From Planktothrix serta PCC 8927 (GTDB lineage Bacteria > Cyanobacteriota > Cyanobacteriia > Cyanobacteriales > Microcoleaceae), in the NCBI RefSeq assembly GCF_900010725.2, contig NZ_LR734877.1, positions 293,412 through 317,411 on the forward strand: 24,000 nucleotides of DNA, given 5' to 3'. Shown in pieces: positions 16,751 through 24,000 of this stretch (position 1 is the first letter of the stretch; every line of letters begins with the position of its first letter). The translations under genes and the position numbers were made by a program. Below the pieces are notes generated by a model. That model was not told where the DNA came from, searched no databases, and was given only the letters and a program-made list of their open reading frames with translations.

Positions 16751-18523
16751 ATGGCACAAGCACAACTGGATCTCACCGCTAATGTTCCTAAACCTGATCA
16801 TGAGCAGGAACGACGTTGGCAAGATTATTTTGGTTTTAGTCACGATCACAAAGTCATCGGGATTCAATATCTGGTGACGGCCTTTTTCTTTTATTTAGTC
16901 GGGGGTGCTTTAGCAACGGCCGTTCGTACCGAACTAGCAACCCCCGATCCTGATTTTGTCAGTCCTGAACTCTACAACAGCTTATTTACGGTACACGGAA
17001 CTGTAATGATCTTTCTGTGGATCGTTCCGGCGGGTGCGGGATTAGCCAACTATTTGATCCCCTTAATGATTGGGGCCAGAGACATGGCGTTTCCCCGGTT
17101 GAATGCCGTTGCCTTTTGGTTAATTCCTCCCGGTGGGACGCTGTTATTAGGGAGTTTCTTATTTGAAGCGCCTAAAGCGGGTTGGACATCCTATCCGCCT
17201 CTGAGTATATTGTCGGGCCAAGTTGGAGAAGAAATTTGGATTCTCAGCGTTTTATTGTTGGGAACTTCTTCGATTTTGGGGGGATTAAACTTCGCGGTGA
17301 CGATTTTCAAAATGCGAATTCCTACAATGGGGCTCAACGATATGCCTCTATTGTGTTGGGCAATGATCGCCACGTCTGCGTTAATTCTGCTGTCTACTCC
17401 GGTACTCGCTGCGGCGTTAATTCTGCTGTCTTTTGATTTACTCGCGGGAACCAGTTTCTTTAACCCCACTGGGGGCGGTGATCCCGTTGTTTATCAACAC
17501 TTATTCTGGTTTTATTCCCATCCAGCCGTCTACATCATGGTTTTACCCTTTTTTGGGGTAATTTCCGATGTTCTGCCGGTTCATGCTCGGAAACCGATTT
17601 TTGGATATCAAGCGATCGCCTATTCCAGTTTAGCCATTAGTTTTTTAGGCTTAATTGTCTGGGCACACCATATGTTTACCAGTGGAACTCCGGGTTGGTT
17701 ACGGATGTTTTTTATGATCACGACGATGATCATTGCTGTCCCCACTGGAATCAAGGTTTTTGGCTGGTTAGCAACGATTTGGGGCGGTAAACTGCGTCTG
17801 AATAGCGCCATGCTATTTGCGATGGGGTTTATTTCTACCTTCGTGATGGGCGGTGTCACCGGAATTATGGTGGCGTCGGTTCCCTTTGATATTCACGTTC
17901 ACGATACCTATTTCATCGTGGCGCACTTCCACTATGTTCTGTTTGGGGGTGCAGTGTTTGGCGTGTTTTCCGCGATTTATCATTGGTTCCCAAAAATGAC
18001 GGGACGGATGATGAACGAACCCTGGGGAATTGTTCACTTTGTTCTGACGTTCGTGGGTACGAATATGACCTTTATGCCCATGCACGCTTTAGGATTACAA
18101 GGAATGCCTCGTCGGGTGGCCATGTATGACCCCCAATTCACCACGTTAAATCAGGTCTGTACCGTAGGCAGTTATATTCTGGCCGTTTCGACTATCCCCT
18201 TCTTAATTAATGCGGCTTGGAGTTGGTTCAAAGGGCCTAAAGCTCCTGATAATCCTTGGGAAGCTTTAACCTTAGAATGGATGACGTCTTCTCCTCCGCC
18301 AATTGAAAACTTCCTCGTTACTCCCGTTCTCAAAACTGGGCCCTATGACTACGGAAGTCGCAAAACCCTAGCCATTCGTCAACGGTTAAAACAAATGGCC
18401 GGAAGCCGCCCCAAAGAAGTCGGTGTTCCTATGTCTGAAGCCAAATCTTCTACAGTATTTACAGACGACCGTTCAACAACGGTTGTTGAACCCGAAAAAG
18501 ACATTAATGATCCTAGTCATTAA
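16751..18523 (+). CDS. ctaD: Cytochrome c oxidase subunit I
   Basis: 590-aa heme-copper oxidase subunit I: DHKVIGIQYL, WFYSHPAVY, the HH pair in WAHHMFTSG, HFHYV. Confidence 0.95.
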   Translation: MAQAQLDLTANVPKPDHEQERRWQDYFGFSHDHKVIGIQYLVTAFFFYLVGGALATAVRTELATPDPDFVSPELYNSLFTVHGTVMIFLWIVPAGAGLANYLIPLMIGARDMAFPRLNAVAFWLIPPGGTLLLGSFLFEAPKAGWTSYPPLSILSGQVGEEIWILSVLLLGTSSILGGLNFAVTIFKMRIPTMGLNDMPLLCWAMIATSALILLSTPVLAAALILLSFDLLAGTSFFNPTGGGDPVVYQHLFWFYSHPAVYIMVLPFFGVISDVLPVHARKPIFGYQAIAYSSLAISFLGLIVWAHHMFTSGTPGWLRMFFMITTMIIAVPTGIKVFGWLATIWGGKLRLNSAMLFAMGFISTFVMGGVTGIMVASVPFDIHVHDTYFIVAHFHYVLFGGAVFGVFSAIYHWFPKMTGRMMNEPWGIVHFVLTFVGTNMTFMPMHALGLQGMPRRVAMYDPQFTTLNQVCTVGSYILAVSTIPFLINAAWSWFKGPKAPDNPWEALTLEWMTSSPPPIENFLVTPVLKTGPYDYGSRKTLAIRQRLKQMAGSRPKEVGVPMSEAKSSTVFTDDRSTTVVEPEKDINDPSH

Positions 18524-18553
18524 ATAACATCGAGAACTCGGAATTAATTTCTT

Positions 18554-18588
18554 CCCTGTTCCCTGTTCCCTGTTCCCTGTTCCCTTTT
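18554..18588 (+). repeat. Tandem heptamers (CCCTGTT)x4 plus one degenerate unit between ctaD and ctaE
   Basis: Read directly. Ends 13 nt upstream of the ctaE ATG. Confidence 0.9.
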
Positions 18589-18601
18589 ATTAACTCAATT
18601 C

Positions 18602-19225
18602 ATGCAAGGTTCAGCAATTAACGAGTCTCAAACCGTTCTTGGATATGAACAAGAGGCTACCGCCTCTGGACATGAACATCAAGAACACCCCGATCTGCGA
18701 ATGTTGGGCGTGGTTGTCTTCCTGATTGCAGAGAGTATGATCTTTTTAGGCTTATTCTCTGCCTATCTGATTTATCGAGCCATGTCACCCGTTTGGCCCC
18801 CGGAAGGGACTGAACGAGAATTATTACTTCCGGCGATTAATACCGTAGTTCTGATTTCGAGTAGTTTTGTCATGAATCAAGGGACAATTGCTATTAAGAA
18901 AAATGATACTGCGGGTTTGCGGAATTGGTTTATTGCAACGGCGATTATGGGGTTAACCTTCTTAAGCGGTCAAGCTTATGAATATAGTCAGTTAGCCTTT
19001 GGATTAACGACTAATTTATACGCCAGTTCTTTCTATGTGTTAACGGGGTTTCACGGGTTGCACGTCACCTTTGGAATCTTGTTAATTTTAGCGGTGTTGT
19101 GGCGGGGACGCAAAGCCACTCACTACAGCAAAGAATCCCATTTTGGCCCGGAAGCGGCGGAATTATATTGGCACTTTGTTGATGTGGTTTGGATTATTCT
19201 GTTTATTTTGTTGTATTTGTTGTAA
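18602..19225 (+). CDS. ctaE: Cytochrome c oxidase subunit III
   Basis: 207-aa membrane protein with subunit III motifs (FHGLHVTFG, YWHFVDVVW). Confidence 0.92.
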   Translation: MQGSAINESQTVLGYEQEATASGHEHQEHPDLRMLGVVVFLIAESMIFLGLFSAYLIYRAMSPVWPPEGTERELLLPAINTVVLISSSFVMNQGTIAIKKNDTAGLRNWFIATAIMGLTFLSGQAYEYSQLAFGLTTNLYASSFYVLTGFHGLHVTFGILLILAVLWRGRKATHYSKESHFGPEAAELYWHFVDVVWIILFILLYLL

Positions 19226-19251
19226 ATCTTCATCAAATCAATATTATCCTC

Positions 19252-19273
19252 AAACCCCCTACGGGGTTTTTTT
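19252..19273 (+). terminator. Intrinsic terminator of the ctaCDE operon
   Basis: AAACCCC-CTAC-GGGGTTT hairpin running into a 7-T tract (19267-19273), 27 nt after the ctaE stop. Confidence 0.75.
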
Positions 19274-19360
19274 ATTGGCAATTTGGGGTAGAGATGAATA
19301 TGATTAAGATTAATTCCCTGAAACCTTTGAAACAGAAAAGGATAATCTGGATATTGTGAA

Positions 19361-19381
19361 ATCAGTTATCAGTTATCAGTT
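19361..19381 (+). repeat. Tandem heptamers (ATCAGTT)x3
   Basis: Read directly. This is the perfect reverse complement of a 21-nt stretch of the (CTGATAA)7 array at 16701-16749. Confidence 0.9.
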
Positions 19382-19465
19382 AAGAAAAAGGTGAACTTTG
19401 TGGATCATTGTTATATTCTCAGAGTTCTGACAATTACTCTAAAACTAACTAAAGAGGCATCATTG

Positions 19466-20662
19466 ATGAATAACTATCGTTTAGAACAAGCTAAAAACAG
19501 AAAACAAGTGTTTGATAATTTTCTGCAAATTGAGCGTAAAGTCGGAGCTAATTCTGAGAAACTTGCCTTTTTAGATCGAGGAATTGAACAGTCTCCCTAT
19601 CAAAATAAGATTCCTGATTATCCTCAATATTTAACCCGCAGACCGTTACAATATAGTTCCTATCCCGTTTTAGGGAAAATTCCTTATATTGATCAACAAG
19701 GTTTAGATTTTCTCCATCCTCAAATTGAGGAAGCTTGTATTAGTCTAGGGAAATTTGAAGCCGGAGAACTCAAGACTATTTGGTTAGGGAGAAATCCGCT
19801 TAAAACCGCCCAATTTTGGAGTTCTACTAAAATTATTCCGGTTCTTCATACTTTAAGTAAAATTGATCAACTCTTTCCTGAAGGAGATATTAAAAATTTA
19901 GACTTAAAAGATCCTGAAAATGCAACCGTTAAGTTTCCTCTGGATTTAGCAATTCAAGATATTGTCAACTATCAAGAAAAGCTGGCTAGTTCTAATGCCT
20001 TAGCCACCCTTTTTAAACGATTTGAAACTCGATCTAATTTAGAAATTTGGTTTCAAAAATTGACAGGAAATTCAACCTTGAAATTCCAAGGAGATTATGG
20101 AGAAGTTTCTGCAATTCAGAATCCAATCATTTTTGATCGGGTTACTCAAAATACCCTAATGAAAGCCGTTACAGACAGTCCTAAAGGTGACAATTTTGTC
20201 TCAGCTTATGATCTGACTCGTTTGATTTCTTTGATAGGATGGCACGCTTATCTACCATCAGGATGTCAGTTGCCAAACCTTCAGCAAAAAACGTTAAATA
20301 GTTTAATTTTAGCGATGGGTCAAGATACGGCTCGTTATGTAGATGTTGCGTTAGAAACCTTGGGAATTGAAGAAGTGATTACGGCTCCAGTTATTCTTTC
20401 TAAAATGGGTTATGGAGATAGTGAAATTCGGCAAACTGTAGAAGCTTGTTATATGGCATTTGTACAGTTTATTGACCCTTTACCCAAAGCTAACGGAAAA
20501 TCGGCTCAATTCCGAACTTTAGCACTCACTTTAAGAGGTGTAATTCCAGTGAAAAATATGGGAGATGTTACTCAAGAAGCATTGGAATTAGATGCTAGAA
20601 TGGCGGCAGAAGTCACGGAAATCATTCGTCGTGTTGTTACAGACGAATTAGATCAACTCTAG
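19466..20662 (+). CDS. Hypothetical protein; divergent class-A-beta-lactamase-like serine hydrolase fold with a ~110-aa N-terminal extension and no signal peptide
   Basis: ATG 19466 is preceded by AAAGAGG; the ORF track starts at GTG 19391. Motifs occur in class A order and spacing: S-S-T-K (19820-19831), S-S-N-A-L-A-T-L (from 19988), S-K-M-G-Y-G-D (K at 20402). The helix VSAYDLTRLISLI lies between them. The assignment is by eye only. Confidence 0.55.
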   Translation: MNNYRLEQAKNRKQVFDNFLQIERKVGANSEKLAFLDRGIEQSPYQNKIPDYPQYLTRRPLQYSSYPVLGKIPYIDQQGLDFLHPQIEEACISLGKFEAGELKTIWLGRNPLKTAQFWSSTKIIPVLHTLSKIDQLFPEGDIKNLDLKDPENATVKFPLDLAIQDIVNYQEKLASSNALATLFKRFETRSNLEIWFQKLTGNSTLKFQGDYGEVSAIQNPIIFDRVTQNTLMKAVTDSPKGDNFVSAYDLTRLISLIGWHAYLPSGCQLPNLQQKTLNSLILAMGQDTARYVDVALETLGIEEVITAPVILSKMGYGDSEIRQTVEACYMAFVQFIDPLPKANGKSAQFRTLALTLRGVIPVKNMGDVTQEALELDARMAAEVTEIIRRVVTDELDQL

Positions 20663-20989
20663 CTACAATAGGAAAATATCTAGTCGGAAAAAGAGAGAGG
20701 ACAGCTAGGGGATGCCATTGTCTTCTCTGTCAAGTTAGAATGGGAATATTAAGAAAACTGCAAAAGCAACAAACTAAGATCGCAGTTTTGGGTGCATTCC
20801 GGTTCCTGAATTGAAGAATCAATCACTGTACTCAGTAAGTGGGTATCCATCAACTTAAAAGAATCAACGATTCTAGGGTGTAAAAGTTTACAGGTACACC
20901 CGAAGCACCGTTGAGGCAGAGTTTTACCTACTGATTTAGAGCCTCTAGTACAGTCATTATTATTAGGAGGAGGAATACACCCAAATTTT

Positions 20990-23900
20990 ATGAAAGAAAT
21001 ACAACAAACTAATCAAGATTCTTTAAAAACTTTAAATCGAATTTTTGCAAGATTTAATGGTGATTTTTCCCTGATTTTAGCTCATTCTAATTATAGAATT
21101 GTTCGAGAAAAAATAATTCAGCAATTACAACAAAAATACCCTAGTGCAATTAAAATTGTTACTCTGGATACCAAGGTAACTAATATTTATAATGCCTTGG
21201 TTGAAGCGGTTGAAGCCGAACAAAATCCACCGCAAGCTTTAATTGTATCTGGTTTAGAGTCAAACGAACAACTGGATACTTTGATTAAGATTATGAACCA
21301 AATGCGGGAGGAATTTCGCCGGAAATTCCACTGTCCTTTGGTGCTGTGGGTGACGGATTCTCTGTTACACGCTTTAATTCGGTTAGCTCCTGATTTTTAT
21401 AGTTGGTCAACAGCGATTATTTTTGAAATTACGACAGAAGATTTACTGCAATTTATTCAACAAACAGCCGATCAAGTTTCTGCTACCGTGTTAGATAGTG
21501 GTGCGGGTATTTTTTTAACGAATTCTTGCTTAAATTTAGAGTTAGGTTCTCCCTTAAGAGAAGAATTAGAAGTAGCTCGTCAAGAATTACAGAAACGAGG
21601 AGAACTATTAGGAACTGAACTAGGTGCGGGTTTAGAATTTGTATTGGGTCGAGTTTCTGATCATTCTAACCATATTGCGTTACAACATTATGAACGTAGC
21701 TTAGAACTTTGGCAACAAACAAATAATTTAATTCGCTATAGTCAATTATTATTTTATGTCGGATTTTGGTGGCACAGTTATGGAATTTTACATCCCACTG
21801 AAAAGCCATCTGCTTATCATCAGGCTAAAAGTTATTATACTCAATCCATTCAAACCTTTAAACGAGCAAACCGTTGGGATTTAGTGGCTAAGTTTATTAA
21901 TGCGTTGGCGGATGTTTTGTTTGGACTAAAAGAATGGCAAGAATTGGAAAAAGTGGCGAAGGAATCGATTCATTATAATCAAATTTATGCTTATCCTTTT
22001 CGAGAAGCGCGGGGATATCATTTTTTAGCTGAAGTTGCTTTAGCAAAAGCTTCCCCCTATGAAGCAAAAACTTTAGCAGAAAAGGCTCAAAATTTATTAA
22101 CTAAAACCTTATCAAATTATCATCCCCAAACCTCTGATGAACAGTTAATTTTAGATTGGGAGACTTCCTATCATCAGGGATGGTATTTGGTGACTCTGGC
22201 TCAAGCACATCAACAACTACACCAATATCAAGAGGCGATTAAAATTCTAGAAAAAGCGAAAGCTCGCTCCAAACCACATTATGACCCAGAACTTTATATT
22301 CGGATTTTACAACTTTTACAGGATTTATATTTCCAAAAAGGCGAATATTTAATGGCTTATGAAATTAAGCAAAAACGTCGAGAAATTGAGCAACAATTTA
22401 GATTAAGAGCCTTTATCGGAGCCGGACGACTCGGACATATTCAAAGCATTAATAATCCTAGTTTACCTCCAATTAACCATACTGAAACCATTAATCCTGA
22501 AATTACCGCGTCTGGTCGTTTATCGGTTGTCAATTGGTTGGGTGAACGCATTAGACGCAATGATTGTCGGTTAACGGTGGTTTATGGACAATCAGGAGTC
22601 GGTAAAAGTTCGATTTTGCAAGCTGGTTTTATTCCAGAGTTACAAAAAACTGCCATTGATACTCGTCACTTTATCCCGGTATTACTTCAAGTTTATACGA
22701 ACTTGAATCAGGAGTTTTCTCGTGCTTTAGCTAAAGGAATTAGAGAGGTTAGCAATATTGAATTAAACTCTTCTGAACTGAATAATCAAGAAGTGATTTT
22801 AGAACAAATTAGAACCTTAGTTAATCAAAATTTCTGGGTTGTGATTATTTTTGATCAGTTTGAGGAATTTTTCTTTGCTTGTAAAGAGAATCAACAACGA
22901 CAAAACTGTTATCAATTTATTAAAGATTGTTTAAATATTCCCTATGTTAAAATTGTTTTATCTTTGCGAGAGGATTATTTACATTATTTATTAGAATGTA
23001 CTCGTCAAGGTTATTTAGAGATTATTGGGAATAATATTTTAGATCGCAATATTTTGGCTTATATTGGGAATTTTACACGGGAAGAAGCCAAGTCTGTGAT
23101 TCAGAGTTTAACGGAAAGGACGCAATTTGTTCTTGAACCTGCTCTAATTCATCAATTAGTTGAAGATTTAGCAGAAGATTTAGGAGAAATTCGACCGATA
23201 GAATTACAAGTTGTGGGTTCTCAGTTACAAGCTCAAAAAATTACCACGTTAAAACAATATCAACAAGCGGGACAAAAAAAACAGTTAGTTGAAGACTATT
23301 TAGATGAAGTGATTCGAGATTGTGGTTTAAGCAATAAAAATTTGGCGGAATTAGTGCTTTATTTACTAACGGATGAAAATAATACTCGTCCCTTAAAAAC
23401 TCGTGCTGATTTAGTTCGAGAAATTAAAGAATTAGCAAACTATTTTGAAAATATTAATGAAAATTTAGATACTGTTCTGAAGATTTTTGTCCTTTCTGGT
23501 TTAGTTTTTATTTTACCAGAAATTCCGATGGAACGGTATCAACTGGTACATGATTATTTAGTCGGTTTAATTCGTCAAAATCGTAGTTCTGACCTGCTAA
23601 AAGAGTTAGAAGAAACTCGAAAAAAAAGTCAACAACTAGAATTAGACAAACAAAAACTTTTGCGACAACAATTTTTGAGCTTGATTGCATTTTTATTATT
23701 TTTAATAATTTCGTCTTCTTCTTTTCTGTTTTGGCGAATTAATGATTTAAAAACCAAAAAATCAGAGTTGATTTTGGCTCATGAAAATACTAAATATACG
23801 GCTCTGGTCAATGAAAATAATCAGCTTGATGCTTTATTAACACTTATCATTGCGGGTAAACTTTTAAAACCTGATAGTTATAAATCTTCTATTTACCAAG

Positions 23901-24000
23901 AAACTTTGAGTAAATTAGGTATCGCCACTCAAATCATTCAAGAACAAAATATTTTAGATGGACATGAAAAAAATAGTGTTTTAAGTGTGGCTGTCAGTCC
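20990..24000 (+). CDS. Large multidomain STAND-type P-loop NTPase (N-terminal alpha/beta module, TPR-like repeats, NTPase, one TM helix, start of WD40 repeats); 3'-partial, runs off the window
   Basis: My own translation: open from ATG 20990 (the in-frame stop TGA at 20912-20914 closes the frame upstream; GGAGGAGGA at 20966-20974) for 1003 codons to the window edge. Walker A GQSGVGKSS at 22586-22612. Walker B VVIIFDQFEE at 22838-22867. TM FLSLIAFLLFLIISSSSFLFW at 23672-23734. WD40-like ILDGHEKNSVLSVAVS from 23951. Not in the supplied ORF track. Confidence 0.85.
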   Translation, partial: MKEIQQTNQDSLKTLNRIFARFNGDFSLILAHSNYRIVREKIIQQLQQKYPSAIKIVTLDTKVTNIYNALVEAVEAEQNPPQALIVSGLESNEQLDTLIKIMNQMREEFRRKFHCPLVLWVTDSLLHALIRLAPDFYSWSTAIIFEITTEDLLQFIQQTADQVSATVLDSGAGIFLTNSCLNLELGSPLREELEVARQELQKRGELLGTELGAGLEFVLGRVSDHSNHIALQHYERSLELWQQTNNLIRYSQLLFYVGFWWHSYGILHPTEKPSAYHQAKSYYTQSIQTFKRANRWDLVAKFINALADVLFGLKEWQELEKVAKESIHYNQIYAYPFREARGYHFLAEVALAKASPYEAKTLAEKAQNLLTKTLSNYHPQTSDEQLILDWETSYHQGWYLVTLAQAHQQLHQYQEAIKILEKAKARSKPHYDPELYIRILQLLQDLYFQKGEYLMAYEIKQKRREIEQQFRLRAFIGAGRLGHIQSINNPSLPPINHTETINPEITASGRLSVVNWLGERIRRNDCRLTVVYGQSGVGKSSILQAGFIPELQKTAIDTRHFIPVLLQVYTNLNQEFSRALAKGIREVSNIELNSSELNNQEVILEQIRTLVNQNFWVVIIFDQFEEFFFACKENQQRQNCYQFIKDCLNIPYVKIVLSLREDYLHYLLECTRQGYLEIIGNNILDRNILAYIGNFTREEAKSVIQSLTERTQFVLEPALIHQLVEDLAEDLGEIRPIELQVVGSQLQAQKITTLKQYQQAGQKKQLVEDYLDEVIRDCGLSNKNLAELVLYLLTDENNTRPLKTRADLVREIKELANYFENINENLDTVLKIFVLSGLVFILPEIPMERYQLVHDYLVGLIRQNRSSDLLKELEETRKKSQQLELDKQKLLRQQFLSLIAFLLFLIISSSSFLFWRINDLKTKKSELILAHENTKYTALVNENNQLDALLTLIIAGKLLKPDSYKSSIYQETLSKLGIATQIIQEQNILDGHEKNSVLSVAVS

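Noticed and set aside
18357-18523. The ~55-aa hydrophilic C-terminal tail of CtaD (SRKTLAIRQRLKQMAGSRPKEV...DINDPSH) as an unusual extension
   Set aside because: Without an alignment to other cyanobacterial CtaD proteins I cannot tell whether this tail is atypical. It is not repeat-encoded and has no recognisable motif.
15674-19225. Whether the ctaCDE set is the alternative respiratory terminal oxidase (ARTO, ctaII) rather than the canonical cytochrome c oxidase
   Set aside because: CtaC retains the full CuA ligand set (H...CAELCGGYHGAM), and the cluster is linked to ctaA and ctaB. Both fit the canonical aa3-type oxidase.
20694-20728. Hairpin after the hydrolase-like gene as an intrinsic terminator
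   Set aside because: The 10-bp stem is not followed by a U-tract (it is followed by GTCAAGTTAG). It is kept only as part of the leader-structure observation.
17620-24000. Absence of HIP1 (GCGATCGC) from the last 6.4 kb as evidence that the hydrolase/STAND region is horizontally acquired
   Set aside because: The 12 HIP1 sites I found are at 816, 878, 3689, 4990, 5178, 10970, 12478, 13514, 14032, 16085, 16459 and 17612. They leave a comparable 5.8-kb gap over core genes (5186-10969), so the absence is not distinctive. Composition was not computed.

Overview
This looks like a chromosomal segment of a cyanobacterium. I counted at least 12 perfect HIP1 octamers (GCGATCGC), codon usage is AT-rich, and there are many strictly phased heptanucleotide (STRR-like) tracts. 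A filamentous Oscillatoriales-type genome is my guess, but that cannot be proven from the sequence alone. Left to right: a REC-GGDEF-EAL c-di-GMP protein and a REC-histidine kinase with paralogous receiver domains; glcD; a UPF0016/GDT1 (Mnx-like) cation transporter; malQ; a solo TnpB (IS200/IS605, IS1341-like) element whose right end abuts the stop codon of a convergent rodZ-like gene; an RsuA/RluB-type pseudouridine synthase; DUF2993-like and DUF456-like proteins; an M48 metallopeptidase; a 129-nt MITE-like nested palindrome; and the complete aa3-type cytochrome c oxidase locus (ctaA-ctaB divergent from ctaC-ctaD-ctaE), with heptamer repeat tracts at most of its gene boundaries. The last 4.5 kb is the least ordinary part. 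It holds a cytoplasmic, N-terminally extended class-A-beta-lactamase-like serine hydrolase, followed after a 327-nt structured leader by an ORF of more than 1000 codons that is absent from the supplied ORF track because it runs off the window. That ORF encodes an unassigned N-terminal alpha/beta module, a TPR-like arm, a STAND-type P-loop NTPase, one transmembrane helix and the start of WD40 repeats. It is my best candidate for an undescribed conflict or signalling system. I found no rRNA, tRNA or CRISPR. All domain calls come from motif recognition by eye, since no searches could be run.
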